Assembly (NCBI GenBank): GCA_012145005.1
Contig: GCA_012145005.1_3029.2
Reading direction: 5' to 3' (one strand)
From: a phage
Length of the DNA: 34,536 nt
Part shown: positions 21,186 through 30,246 of the stretch, piece by piece
Layout: the number at the start of each line of letters is the position of its first letter
How positions within the stretch are numbered: position 1 is the first letter of the stretch
Notes under the pieces: generated by a model
What the model saw: the letters and a program-made list of their open reading frames with translations, nothing else
The model's database searches: none
What the model was told of the DNA's origin: nothing
Made by a program: the position numbers and the translations under genes

Positions 21186-23363
21186 TTAGGCCGCAAGGGC
21201 CTTCATAGTTTTAGCGATTTGGGAAACTTCATCATCACTTAAAGAGCTGCGATATCCGATGAAGTCGGAAACAATACGGAATTTCTTGGTAAACTCAGCA
21301 ACCATTTTATCACTGTTTTTTGAAGCATTATTTGATAATACATCAAAAAGATTAGTTACTGTCCAGATGTCATGACCGATGGTATCTTTTCCACCATTAA
21401 AATATACACCGCGCAATGAACTAACTATATTAGCGAGTCGTGTATATTCTTCAGAAACTTCATCTGTACTGAAGTACTTCATCATAAAATCTAGTTCAGG
21501 ATACTTGATAATTTTATCAATATATCGTTGAGCTGAACTTGAATAACCTACATACTTATCATAATCTACATCATCAAAAGCATCTACATATAAATCACGC
21601 AAAGCTTCAAAAATACATTGGCACTGACCGAGTTCTTTTACCTTTTTCTGTAAAAGCGGACGAATAACATAAAATTCATTAATGCCAATAAGATTAGCCA
21701 TACGAATCAAAATATTCATAGATGGATGACAAAGAGATGTAGTACCATCCATAGAGAAAATATCAGAACGATGCATATACGCTACATAACCAGTAATTTC
21801 ATCTGCTTCTGACGTAAGTGTAAATAGTTCCTCTTTTTCCCATCGCCCATCTTTAATTTCAAATTTAAATGCTGTAGCAGCTTTAGGACGAGGAGCTTTA
21901 CTTTTAACTACCTTTGGAATATAGCTTTTAACTAAAGTTTCAATTTCTGACAAATAATGAATGTTAACTTCATCACTTTCAAACATTGTCATAATATCAG
22001 GTAGTAAATCAATCTGCGATTCTACTTCCGGATTAATAAACAGAAGACGTTCATTGTGATGAATATTCAAAGTGTTATTAAATTCACTATCATCTAACGC
22101 GTGGGCTAATCCACGGACAATATTAACACGATTTTTAATATTATCAATAACGATATTAATTTTTGTTGTATTAATACCAAACAGACGATAACTTGATGCA
22201 ACGGCTGAAGTTTCATGACTTTGCTTAATGCGCTTCAGTCGAGGGTCAAGATTTACTTCATACACCACGCCTGCATTACATAACTTACTGTCAGGTTCAA
22301 ACATGCTCTGCATCTTTTTATATGACAGATTTTTAGTCGTGAATTTGACTGAATTACTAATCATATAATCTCGAGCAGAATATCCCATCTTCATCAATTC
22401 ACGATATGTGTGACGGGGAGATGTAGATTCTTTAAATCGTTTTACATCTTCATTAAATGCTTTCTCACTAAGCTCTTTAACTCGTTCAATAATATTTTTA
22501 CGAGTACGATCATCCAATGAAAGAGCTTCACGTGATGGAGCAATATCAAGTGAACCCATTGGAAACTTAATGTAATTCACTTCATTGCGAATGCTTAGCC
22601 AGTTACGGTCTCTAATAACACCATCGATAGGATAAACAATACCGCCATAGATAGCATATAATCCACCACGATCAGGCCAGTATCTTTCTGGATTTACACC
22701 GTAATAATCATCAAAATCCGGAAAATAATCAATTTCACGGTCAAGACCATTAATAATAGCCAAATCTTTGAACGGTCGCATGATATAAGAAACTTCATAA
22801 GCAAAGTTTCTAAAGTCTTTTTCTTCAACTGGAACTACGATTTCAATACCAGTTTTATCATCTGGACCCATTTCTTTCACGAATGTAGGTTTAATTTGTG
22901 GACCATCGCCATCCATGTAAGCTACATAACCACGAATTTCACCTTTATGATACGAAGTAATACTAAACGTATCAGTATAACTAAATGGAGATTTAGAACC
23001 TAAACCAAATCCGCCAATGAAATCGTTAGATTCAGCCTTAGATGAACTGAAGTATGAATTATACAGACCAGGAGAATTATCATCACCCTGAATATCAAAA
23101 TCACTCATACCCGGACCAAAATCTCGGCAAACAAATCGTGGATCTAAACGTCCAGGAACTTGTATGATAAATTTTTCAGGATTTCCATTGAGAGCATGGG
23201 CATCAATCATGTTAGTAATCAATTCACGGACTACTGCGCGAATCTTGTTTGTATACAAATCAGATGATAAGATTTTAAATACTTTAGGAGATGCTGTGAT
23301 GCTAAATGCTTTTGATTTAGAACCATTACCAAGAATTGTTTCTTTTTCAGTGGTGATAATCAT
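21186..23363 (-). CDS. rIIA: rIIA protein (725 aa)
   Basis: Size and position; N-terminal ATPase-like region (LITNMIDAH ... GLGSKS). Confidence 0.9.
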   Translation of the reverse strand: MIITTEKETILGNGSKSKAFSITASPKVFKILSSDLYTNKIRAVVRELITNMIDAHALNGNPEKFIIQVPGRLDPRFVCRDFGPGMSDFDIQGDDNSPGLYNSYFSSSKAESNDFIGGFGLGSKSPFSYTDTFSITSYHKGEIRGYVAYMDGDGPQIKPTFVKEMGPDDKTGIEIVVPVEEKDFRNFAYEVSYIMRPFKDLAIINGLDREIDYFPDFDDYYGVNPERYWPDRGGLYAIYGGIVYPIDGVIRDRNWLSIRNEVNYIKFPMGSLDIAPSREALSLDDRTRKNIIERVKELSEKAFNEDVKRFKESTSPRHTYRELMKMGYSARDYMISNSVKFTTKNLSYKKMQSMFEPDSKLCNAGVVYEVNLDPRLKRIKQSHETSAVASSYRLFGINTTKINIVIDNIKNRVNIVRGLAHALDDSEFNNTLNIHHNERLLFINPEVESQIDLLPDIMTMFESDEVNIHYLSEIETLVKSYIPKVVKSKAPRPKAATAFKFEIKDGRWEKEELFTLTSEADEITGYVAYMHRSDIFSMDGTTSLCHPSMNILIRMANLIGINEFYVIRPLLQKKVKELGQCQCIFEALRDLYVDAFDDVDYDKYVGYSSSAQRYIDKIIKYPELDFMMKYFSTDEVSEEYTRLANIVSSLRGVYFNGGKDTIGHDIWTVTNLFDVLSNNASKNSDKMVAEFTKKFRIVSDFIGYRSSLSDDEVSQIAKTMKALAA
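21188..21202 (-). other. short GC hairpin between rIIA and rIIB
   Basis: AGGCC ... GGCCT inverted repeat overlapping the rIIA stop. Confidence 0.3.
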
Positions 23364-23373
23364 AATTTCCTCA

Positions 23374-23577
23374 TTAATTCATATTACGCTTAATAACTTC
23401 AGCAACTTCTAGTAGTTCGTCTTTAGTTGCGGTGTCGGATTGAATTTTATCTCTAATATCTTTAAAGCGGTTTTTAAATTCTTCGGCTTCTCCCATGTCG
23501 AAAAAGCGTTGAATGATTCTATATTCTCGATGAACTGCTTTATCAAAAAGTTCTAAATTTACTCTATATGATTTCAT
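23374..23577 (-). CDS. hypothetical protein (67 aa; rIIA.1 position)
   Basis: ATG at 23577 with GAGGATATTGAA SD; early promoter directly upstream. Confidence 0.6.
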   Translation of the reverse strand: MKSYRVNLELFDKAVHREYRIIQRFFDMGEAEEFKNRFKDIRDKIQSDTATKDELLEVAEVIKRNMN

Positions 23578-23602
23578 TTCAATATCCTCATTTGCCCAAT
23601 TA

Positions 23603-23632
23603 ATTATACCACATCCTTGTGGTAAAGTAAAC
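23603..23632 (-). promoter_or_regulatory. early promoter for rIIA.1-position ORF and rIIA
   Basis: GTTTAC overlapping the gene 39 stop, 18-bp spacer, TGGTATAAT. Confidence 0.6.
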
Positions 23633-25449
23633 TACTGGCTCATCCATTCTTTACGAAGGTCAGCATTATCTCCCATGAGCATTTCAAAAAGCTCTTTCCA
23701 ATTCTCAGGAAGTTTAACAACATCATATACTGGATTTTGAATCATCTCACGATATTCAGATTTTTCCAAAGAGCCAAGTCCTTTAATATAACGGATGCTA
23801 TGTTTAGGTAGAGCATCTTTGGCACTCTCATATTCAGCGACTGTATAAAACCATTCTTGTTTTTTACCGACCTGAGCGATGATTACAGGAGTTTTGACAA
23901 AGCGAATTCGTCCTTGCTCAAACAGTTCTGGCCAATTACTAAAAAATCCGAGCAGAGAAGGATAAATGCTTCCTAGACCATCATGGTCAGCATCAGTCAT
24001 AATAGCAATATTATGATAATTCAAGTTTTCGGCTTTTTCACCAAGAACTAATCCAGTGATTGCGCAAATATCAAACAGTTCTTTGTTTTTAAGCATATCA
24101 GCATATGACATACCCCAACTGTTGAGAACTTTACCACGCAATGGATAACCACCGTGAAGTTCTTTATCACGAACATCAATAAGATATCCGATAGCAGAAT
24201 CACCCTCAGTCAAGAAAAGAGTCGTGTCAGCATCTTTACCACAAAGATTCGCTTTAATGTGTTTATGAACCTTAGCTTTAGAAGCCTTTTTAGCTGCTTT
24301 AGTTTCTGCTGCTTTTTCTGCCGCCAATTTACGAGCCAAGGCAGCTTCAATAATTGGCATTAAAATTGCTTCATTGTTTAAAATGGCGCGCGAAATCTTT
24401 TTAGCATCAAGCTGAATATGACTACGAATTTCACCAAATGGAGAAGTCAAACGCTCTTTAGTTTGAGAATCAAATCGCATGTTTTTCATATCACGAACAA
24501 ACATGACGATAGTCAAACATTCTTTAACACGTGCTTTAGTTACATCAATTTTGAACTTACGTTTGATTTGTGGAATAAGGTCTTCACAAATATCATCCAT
24601 AACACAGTCAATGTGATGACCACCATTCTTAGTATGAATGTTATTAACGTATGTTAATTGACGAAAACCATCCGGTGAACGACCAACCGCAATAGAACAA
24701 TTTTCTTGTTCTTGAACAATAGCATGCTCATCATATTGGCGTGCATATTTCTTAAAATTACCCTGAACCTTTTTACCATTAAAGGTAAATTGAATATCAG
24801 GATAAACTACTGCAAGTGTCTGGAGACGATCCAGTGTAATGTCAAGATAAACCTGAGACAGCTCATTAGTTTCAAATGACATAAAATCAGGAATGAAAGT
24901 AACACGAGTTCCTTTCCATTTTCCAGGAATATCTTCCCATGATTTATTTTCCATGCCATTTGAACAACGAACTACAATATTATTTTGACCATCGCCAGTT
25001 TCACCAACAAACATTACAGAAAAAATGTTAGTTAAACTAGAACCAACACCGTTCATACCACCAGTGACGCGTTCTTTATCATCACCGAAGTTACCACCTG
25101 CTTTTGGAATAGTCCAGGCAGCAACAGGACCAGGAATTTCTTCGCCGGTAGGTGTTTTAACCATCGCTTGTGGAATACCGCGACCGTTATCTTCAACTGT
25201 TACTTGATTGTTTTTGATAGTAACATTAATTTTATTCGCGAATTTAAACTTAGTACGAATACCTTCATCTACTGAGTTATCGATAATTTCATCAATAAGC
25301 TTAACAAGACCAGGTACATACTGAACACTTTCCCATTTACCAAACAGAAAGCGCTCATGCATTTCATTAGCAGAAGAGCCAATATACATGCCGCTACGCT
25401 TTTTGATATGTTCAATATCGCTCAGAATTTTAATTTCATTCTTAATCAT
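23632..25449 (-). CDS. 39: DNA topoisomerase II large subunit gp39, uninterrupted form (605 aa)
   Basis: Track start is GTG at 25452; ATG at 25449 follows GAGGA; MIKNEIKILSDIEHIKKRSGMYIGS; GyrB-like ATPase and Toprim (EGDSA) in one reading frame. Confidence 0.9.
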   Translation of the reverse strand: MIKNEIKILSDIEHIKKRSGMYIGSSANEMHERFLFGKWESVQYVPGLVKLIDEIIDNSVDEGIRTKFKFANKINVTIKNNQVTVEDNGRGIPQAMVKTPTGEEIPGPVAAWTIPKAGGNFGDDKERVTGGMNGVGSSLTNIFSVMFVGETGDGQNNIVVRCSNGMENKSWEDIPGKWKGTRVTFIPDFMSFETNELSQVYLDITLDRLQTLAVVYPDIQFTFNGKKVQGNFKKYARQYDEHAIVQEQENCSIAVGRSPDGFRQLTYVNNIHTKNGGHHIDCVMDDICEDLIPQIKRKFKIDVTKARVKECLTIVMFVRDMKNMRFDSQTKERLTSPFGEIRSHIQLDAKKISRAILNNEAILMPIIEAALARKLAAEKAAETKAAKKASKAKVHKHIKANLCGKDADTTLFLTEGDSAIGYLIDVRDKELHGGYPLRGKVLNSWGMSYADMLKNKELFDICAITGLVLGEKAENLNYHNIAIMTDADHDGLGSIYPSLLGFFSNWPELFEQGRIRFVKTPVIIAQVGKKQEWFYTVAEYESAKDALPKHSIRYIKGLGSLEKSEYREMIQNPVYDVVKLPENWKELFEMLMGDNADLRKEWMSQ

Positions 25450-25466
25450 CACTTATCCTCGTTTGG

Positions 25467-25496
25467 TTTCGGGAATATTATACTCCGGTAATCATA
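25467..25496 (-). promoter_or_regulatory. candidate promoter for gene 39
   Basis: Perfect TATAAT -10 but only a weak -35 (CTTTA). Confidence 0.4.
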
Positions 25497-25502
25497 AAGC
25501 TA

Positions 25503-25518
25503 AAGGCCCGAAGGCCTT
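25503..25518 (-). other. UUCG-tetraloop hairpin after the lipoprotein ORF
   Basis: AAGGCC-UUCG-GGCCUU directly after the stop at 25519; moderately U-rich downstream. Confidence 0.45.
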
Positions 25519-25779
25519 TTATTTAAAACGGATAGTCGAATCCTTGAAGAATAGACCAGAACATACGGTTCCTTCTACTTTCTGCCCGGTAGGTCCAATA
25601 GCACGAAATCCAGTATGTTGGAAATCATTTTCAGAGCAACCGAACCAATTGTATCCAGTGATTTCAATATTAGTAAACCCACTTGAAGACAAAACTTTGG
25701 TTGCATTATCAGCATCAGTACATCCTACTAAAGACACTGCTAATACTAATGCCGCGATAGAACGATTAACATATTTCAT
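25519..25779 (-). CDS. predicted lipoprotein (86 aa precursor)
   Basis: Track start is TTG at 25791; ATG at 25779 gives MKYVNRSIAALVLAVSLVGC with lipobox LVGC; mature part has three more Cys. Confidence 0.5.
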   Translation of the reverse strand: MKYVNRSIAALVLAVSLVGCTDADNATKVLSSSGFTNIEITGYNWFGCSENDFQHTGFRAIGPTGQKVEGTVCSGLFFKDSTIRFK

Positions 25780-25783
25780 AATT

Positions 25784-26155
25784 TCACTCAAATTTAATGG
25801 CTTGAAGGAGACTAATAATTCTTAAACGGCTTCTTTCATCTTTAACTGTAAAAGAAAGAGGATCGCCAGATTTCATGGTGATAGTGCATTCAAAACCAAA
25901 ATCTTCAGGAACTTCTTCGAAGAAGTCAAATTCTTCATCATAAATTAAAACATTACTCTGAAAACTGTGAAGAATTTTTCCATCATTTCCAGATGCTGTA
26001 CTAATCATTGTAACATTATGACCTTTCATATCTTCAACGATAAATTCGCTTGTAGATATTACGGCATTAATAGAACCATTCCTATAAATAGAAGAAAGCA
26101 GATATTTCTTTTCTTCACCTTCACGAACACGATATTTCTTACCGATTTTAAACAT
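25784..26155 (-). CDS. hypothetical protein (123 aa)
   Basis: Track ORF starts at GTG 26161; first ATG at 26155. Confidence 0.55.
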   Translation of the reverse strand: MFKIGKKYRVREGEEKKYLLSSIYRNGSINAVISTSEFIVEDMKGHNVTMISTASGNDGKILHSFQSNVLIYDEEFDFFEEVPEDFGFECTITMKSGDPLSFTVKDERSRLRIISLLQAIKFE

Positions 26156-26157
26156 AA

Positions 26158-26334
26158 TCACCCTTTAAGTAAGTCGTAAAATCCACCATTCACATGCTTA
26201 GGAGCAGAAGGCCGACGAGTAGACAGACGATGACATTTAGGACAAACATCATTTTCTCGTTCAGAAATCTTTTTAATTTTTTCATATTCATGCCCGCAAT
26301 CTTCGGATTGGCATTTATAATCATACATTGGCAT
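26158..26334 (-). CDS. FmdB-like zinc-ribbon protein (58 aa), not in ORF track
   Basis: AAGGAA SD; MPMYDYKCQSEDCGHEYEKIKKISERENDVCPKCHRLSTRRPSAPKHVNGGFYDLLKG with two Cys pairs. Confidence 0.5.
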   Translation of the reverse strand: MPMYDYKCQSEDCGHEYEKIKKISERENDVCPKCHRLSTRRPSAPKHVNGGFYDLLKG

Positions 26335-26336
26335 AA

Positions 26337-26756
26337 TTATTCCTTAAAGTGTGCTTTCAACATCTGATACAAGGACCATGCCTGTTCATTATTTTCAATA
26401 GTAACTTTCATGATAGGAAATTCTGTGAAATCTTCTATTTGTTCTTGCTCTTCCTGCTCTTGCTCTTCAGCTGCCTGATATGGATTTTCCACTTCATCAA
26501 AGAACCCAGCTTCACTTTTTGAAAGCCAAATAAAGTCTTCATCCAAAACATCTTTATCAGGAGATAGTACTAAATTTCCAGTAGATGACAAAATTTTAAT
26601 AGGACGCCCAAGAGCGTCCACATCTAAAATTTTAAAAGGATACATACCTAAACGGCGCGCATAGATTCCGTTATTAATATGGTCTTTAATAAAATTTTCT
26701 TGAGCTTGTTTATTTTTAAATTGATACCATTTATTAACTTCAAATTTAATAGCCAT
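26337..26756 (-). CDS. hypothetical protein (139 aa) with acidic EQ-rich segment
   Basis: ATG at 26756; segment [20 protein letters not shown]. Confidence 0.6.
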   Translation of the reverse strand: MAIKFEVNKWYQFKNKQAQENFIKDHINNGIYARRLGMYPFKILDVDALGRPIKILSSTGNLVLSPDKDVLDEDFIWLSKSEAGFFDEVENPYQAAEEQEQEEQEQIEDFTEFPIMKVTIENNEQAWSLYQMLKAHFKE

Positions 26757-26971
26757 TAATAAATTTCCTTCCAGTAAGTTGTACCGTCTTCAGTGATTTC
26801 ACGGAATACACCATAAATCGGTTGTTTATCACCAACCTTTTCATACACATAAACAGAAGTCAAGTGAGTAAACTTAACGGTATGTTCCTTTTGAACTACT
26901 ACCAAATCTGGATCGAATAATACATCTTCAAATTCGTCATTAGTGCAGTTCTGAACAGTTTTACGTTTCAT
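26756..26971 (-). CDS. hypothetical protein (71 aa)
   Basis: ATG at 26971; promoter-like repeat element upstream. Confidence 0.6.
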   Translation of the reverse strand: MKRKTVQNCTNDEFEDVLFDPDLVVVQKEHTVKFTHLTSVYVYEKVGDKQPIYGVFREITEDGTTYWKEIY

Positions 26972-27064
26972 TACAATTTCCTCATTAATTGAACAGTGGA
27001 GCGATGCGTTTCAGAAGAGTGGCAGCACCTTTGGCAAATTTTCCATTTTATTCTCCAAGTTGTT

Positions 27065-27099
27065 TTCTGTATCAGTAGTTGATATTGATATAGTACCAT
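27065..27099 (-). repeat. dispersed promoter-leader repeat, copy 3
   Basis: Minus strand ATGGTACTATATCAATATCAACTACTGATACAGAA. Confidence 0.6.
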
Positions 27100-27119
27100 A
27101 ATCAACTACTAATGTATAT
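27090..27119 (-). promoter_or_regulatory. candidate early promoter for ORF 26756..26971
   Basis: TGGTACTAT extended -10 inside the dispersed repeat; -35 weak. Confidence 0.45.
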
Positions 27120-27146
27120 AGTTTATGAAAAAAAAAAAATTAAACT

Positions 27147-27644
27147 TTATGCATAGCGAGCTTTGCTATAGTGTTTAATCCAACTTTCAGGAATGACTTT
27201 GTATGTTCCTAAAAATACCGCGTTGTACAACTTAACGCCATCTTCTACCCATTGATCGGTAATGTATGCACACATAGCGCGAGTACGATGTTTTTGAACA
27301 ACCCCTTCCTCATCTTCAGTAAATTCGAATTCATAAGGAGCAACGAACTTAATAGCTTGACCGAGTTTCCACTTAAAGTCTACACCTACGTGCGAAGTAT
27401 CAATCGTTTCAATTCCTTTAGCAGGAACAGCTTTCAAAAACGCAGACTCAAGAAATTTCGCACGAACATAGCCAAACTGAGGTTTAGACTTTCCATCTTT
27501 AGGAATGATACGCACTTTTACTTCAGAATCTTCATCTTTAACACCGTGTTTAAGCTGAATGCTTACAATTTCAACCAATTTTCCTGCTGCTTTAGAGCGG
27601 GATTTATCAGATACACGAGCTAATTCACCAATATTAATAATCAT
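27147..27644 (-). CDS. hypothetical early protein (165 aa); MotB-like by size and position only
   Basis: ATG at 27644; strong early promoter upstream; C-terminal region paralogous to ORF 27721..28263. Confidence 0.6.
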   Translation of the reverse strand: MIINIGELARVSDKSRSKAAGKLVEIVSIQLKHGVKDEDSEVKVRIIPKDGKSKPQFGYVRAKFLESAFLKAVPAKGIETIDTSHVGVDFKWKLGQAIKFVAPYEFEFTEDEEGVVQKHRTRAMCAYITDQWVEDGVKLYNAVFLGTYKVIPESWIKHYSKARYA

Positions 27645-27688
27645 AGTTATCTCTCACTTGTTAAAAAGATTTTATACTCCACAGGACC

Positions 27689-27718
27689 ATTATACTCTGG
27701 TCCCAAGAGTTTGTAAAC
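27689..27718 (-). promoter_or_regulatory. early promoter for ORF 27147..27644
   Basis: GTTTAC, 18-bp spacer, perfect TATAAT. Confidence 0.65.
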
Positions 27719-27720
27719 TA

Positions 27721-28263
27721 TTAATTCAAAATAGCTACCACTGCACTACGAGGTACTACACTAAAATCACCTGCATGAACAACGTTCAGAAGTTCAACAC
27801 CATCTTCAATCCACTGGTCTGTTACCCAACCACAGACCGAAATAAATGGGGTCTTGATAGCTACAGCACGAGTTAGAAGGTCAGTAGGATCGCATTCTTG
27901 GAAGAGGATAAGCTCTGCTTCAAAGACTATAGTTTTAATTACTTCATCATTATCTAATCGTTGTGCTCGAATCACGTAAGCTTTATTCTTATCATGCCAA
28001 TTACTTTTTGAAAAACTTTTAACCACAAACTCGCCTTCACCCAAAACACTGGTCAATGCTTTATAACCCAAACTTAGTTCAGTAGTTTTAATTTCAGTTT
28101 CAACCAGTTTGTAGGTTTTGTCAATTTCGATGGTCCGAGCAGTCATAAAAGTTTCCTTAATTTCTAATGGTTTAACAAGAGTGCCGTACATGCTTGCTAT
28201 ATCCATATCAAATATTTTATCTATAGGATTTGGGGTGTATTCAGGATTATAATTAAATTTCAT
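27721..28263 (-). CDS. hypothetical protein (180 aa), paralogue of ORF 27147..27644
   Basis: ATG at 28263; shared motif C-x-[IV]TDQW[IV]EDGV-x-L-x-N-x-V. Confidence 0.6.
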   Translation of the reverse strand: MKFNYNPEYTPNPIDKIFDMDIASMYGTLVKPLEIKETFMTARTIEIDKTYKLVETEIKTTELSLGYKALTSVLGEGEFVVKSFSKSNWHDKNKAYVIRAQRLDNDEVIKTIVFEAELILFQECDPTDLLTRAVAIKTPFISVCGWVTDQWIEDGVELLNVVHAGDFSVVPRSAVVAILN

Positions 28264-28265
28264 AA

Positions 28266-28766
28266 TTATCTCATTTCAATAAAATCTACAAGTTCAGCAT
28301 GGGATTTGCGGAACATTACTTGGTGTCCGCCAATGATAACTTCATCTTCAGGAACTTCGTATACAGCAAGATAAAACCCTTTAGAAGATAATTCTTCACG
28401 TTCTTCTCGTGTGAACCATCTCATCATATCATATTCACTAGCGAAAGCAAAATGATAAAGAGCTATAAACCATCCTGGAATATGATATTCTACTCCAACA
28501 TAATCTTTCTTGAACTTAGTATTAATTACTATATTAGCGTTTTTAACTAATAGTTTATCTTCATGTGGTACAGGAATTCTTTTATTATCATCACTATGAT
28601 GCATAAAATTAGGTCTGCTATAACCTACCCGTAATAGCCACTCTTCGCTCCATGAATCTATTATACTCCTGTATGGCGTTATTTGAACACAAAGATTTCG
28701 ACGTATTGTTATAGCATCTTCATAATCAAGAATACTAAACGATGATTCAACACGATAAATTTTCAT
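28266..28766 (-). CDS. hypothetical protein (166 aa)
   Basis: Track ORF 28266..28805 reads through an early promoter; ATG at 28766 follows GAGGATAATAAA; MKIYRVESSFSILDYEDAITIRR. Confidence 0.55.
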   Translation of the reverse strand: MKIYRVESSFSILDYEDAITIRRNLCVQITPYRSIIDSWSEEWLLRVGYSRPNFMHHSDDNKRIPVPHEDKLLVKNANIVINTKFKKDYVGVEYHIPGWFIALYHFAFASEYDMMRWFTREEREELSSKGFYLAVYEVPEDEVIIGGHQVMFRKSHAELVDFIEMR

Positions 28767-28793
28767 TTTATTATCCTCAGTAGCTATGGTGTT

Positions 28794-28823
28794 ATAATAC
28801 CACAACTAACCGAGGAAGTAAAC
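28794..28823 (-). promoter_or_regulatory. early promoter for ORF 28266..28766
   Basis: GTTTAC, 18-bp spacer, TGGTATTAT. Confidence 0.6.
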
Positions 28824-28829
28824 AACTTT

Positions 28830-29513
28830 TTATCGTTTTGTTGGAAGAGAAAGAGGATCACACTCTTCCTCTGACGGAGCATCTTCAAGACCCATAGCAT
28901 ATCGCAAAGCATACTTCATCATCAGGATGTCTTTCGCACAGTCATGAATAGAATCATGTGCAACGAATCCATCTAAAGTTCCCTTTGGAAGAGGACATGT
29001 GGTCATATCACGAACAAGAAGAAGTGCTTCAATTCTGGTGCGAATATCGCGTTGATTCCAGAATTTACAAGGTTCTAACTTAAACGTATCAAGCTCATTC
29101 TCGGAAACGCCGTTAAGACGTTGAATATCACGAATGAGATCAACTAAAATTGGAAAATCAAACGACATTCCACGGCACCAGCCTTGAGATTTCCAAGGAT
29201 CGATATTATGCGCATTGATGTAATCATTAAATTTTGCAATACCATCGATAGTGCTTACATCTTCATCTGATGGTGCAATATTTTTTCGAGCTTCAGGAGA
29301 TTGATTTTTCCACCATTCGATAGTGCTTTTAGTAAAAAGACGATGTCCTTTTTGGCTTTTTAAATCAAATTTGATTTTAATGCCACGTGAAACTAATTCA
29401 TCAAATGTTTCAACTACTTCTGGATTAGGGTCAAAGGCAATGACAGCCAAATCAATAACAGCTGCCTTTTCACCGCTTCCCATTGTTTCAAAATCTATAA
29501 TAAAATCAAACAT
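28830..29513 (-). CDS. dexA: exonuclease A DexA (227 aa), DnaQ-like 3'-5' exonuclease
   Basis: MFDFIIDFETMGSGEKAAVIDLAVIAFDP (Exo I motif) and C-terminal H-x4-D; size matches T4 DexA. Confidence 0.85.
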   Translation of the reverse strand: MFDFIIDFETMGSGEKAAVIDLAVIAFDPNPEVVETFDELVSRGIKIKFDLKSQKGHRLFTKSTIEWWKNQSPEARKNIAPSDEDVSTIDGIAKFNDYINAHNIDPWKSQGWCRGMSFDFPILVDLIRDIQRLNGVSENELDTFKLEPCKFWNQRDIRTRIEALLLVRDMTTCPLPKGTLDGFVAHDSIHDCAKDILMMKYALRYAMGLEDAPSEEECDPLSLPTKR

Positions 29514-29788
29514 TAAATTTTCCTCGCTAAATCGCGAATTTGACCTACAGTATAATCTTGGATATAAACTTTATTAATGGGCTCATCAATAAATTTTGCC
29601 ATAGATTCAATATCTTTTTGTATCTCTTCAAGACTGTATACTATCTTTAAAGCTTTTTCGCGAATAGTAACATTATCAGGTCCTGGATTTTCTTGAATGA
29701 CAGCTTTAACATTTGCCATAAGAGATTTAAACTGATGCAAACTTAATTCAATCATTAATAACCGCCTTATAAAGATGGCTAATTTCAC
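29513..29788 (-). CDS. hypothetical protein (91 aa, possibly shorter from an internal ATG)
   Basis: Track ORF; overlaps next ORF by 41 nt; C-terminal half resembles ORF 29748..30008. Confidence 0.5.
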   Translation of the reverse strand: MKLAIFIRRLLMIELSLHQFKSLMANVKAVIQENPGPDNVTIREKALKIVYSLEEIQKDIESMAKFIDEPINKVYIQDYTVGQIRDLARKI

Positions 29789-30008
29789 CTAAAACATAAT
29801 CACTGATTGTAACAGTTTTCACTTCGCCGCAAAAGAATTCTAACGCAATCAAATCTCGTTCAATTTCTTCCAATTGAAGCATTAACTTGCCTGATTCAAT
29901 TTTCACGTTTTTGCGATTTTTACTATAAGCTATTTCATAAATTTCGCTCACTTTATCTTGAAGCAGATAAAACTGGTCTTTAGTTATTTCCACGAATAGC
30001 TTCCTCAA
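29748..30008 (-). CDS. hypothetical protein (86 aa)
   Basis: Track ORF between dda and dexA. Confidence 0.5.
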   Translation of the reverse strand: MRKLFVEITKDQFYLLQDKVSEIYEIAYSKNRKNVKIESGKLMLQLEEIERDLIALEFFCGEVKTVTISDYVLGEISHLYKAVIND

Positions 30009-30240
30009 ATTTAATCAGCAACTTACAGACACTTTCATCTAATGTAATTACAGTATCTGTATTACTGTGATATGATTGTTTTTCAATTCGTTTAATTGCT
30101 AGTATAGTATCACTTATAAGATTAAGCTTATAAAGGAGCTCAGCTCCTGTTACCATAACACTGAGGTTATCTTGCTTATCAGTGTGCTTCTTTATACCAT
30201 CTATTAGACGATTTAAATATTTTGAATTGATGTTAATCAT
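29980..30240 (-). CDS. hypothetical protein (86 aa)
   Basis: Track ORF immediately downstream of dda. Confidence 0.5.
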   Translation of the reverse strand: MININSKYLNRLIDGIKKHTDKQDNLSVMVTGAELLYKLNLISDTILAIKRIEKQSYHSNTDTVITLDESVCKLLIKFEEAIRGNN

Positions 30241-30246
30241 ATATCC

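Noticed and set aside
26083-26090. Exact TATAAATA on the plus strand inside minus-strand ORF 25784..26155
   Set aside because: No plus-strand gene follows; an 8-mer of this composition is expected several times by chance in 34.5 kb of AT-rich DNA.
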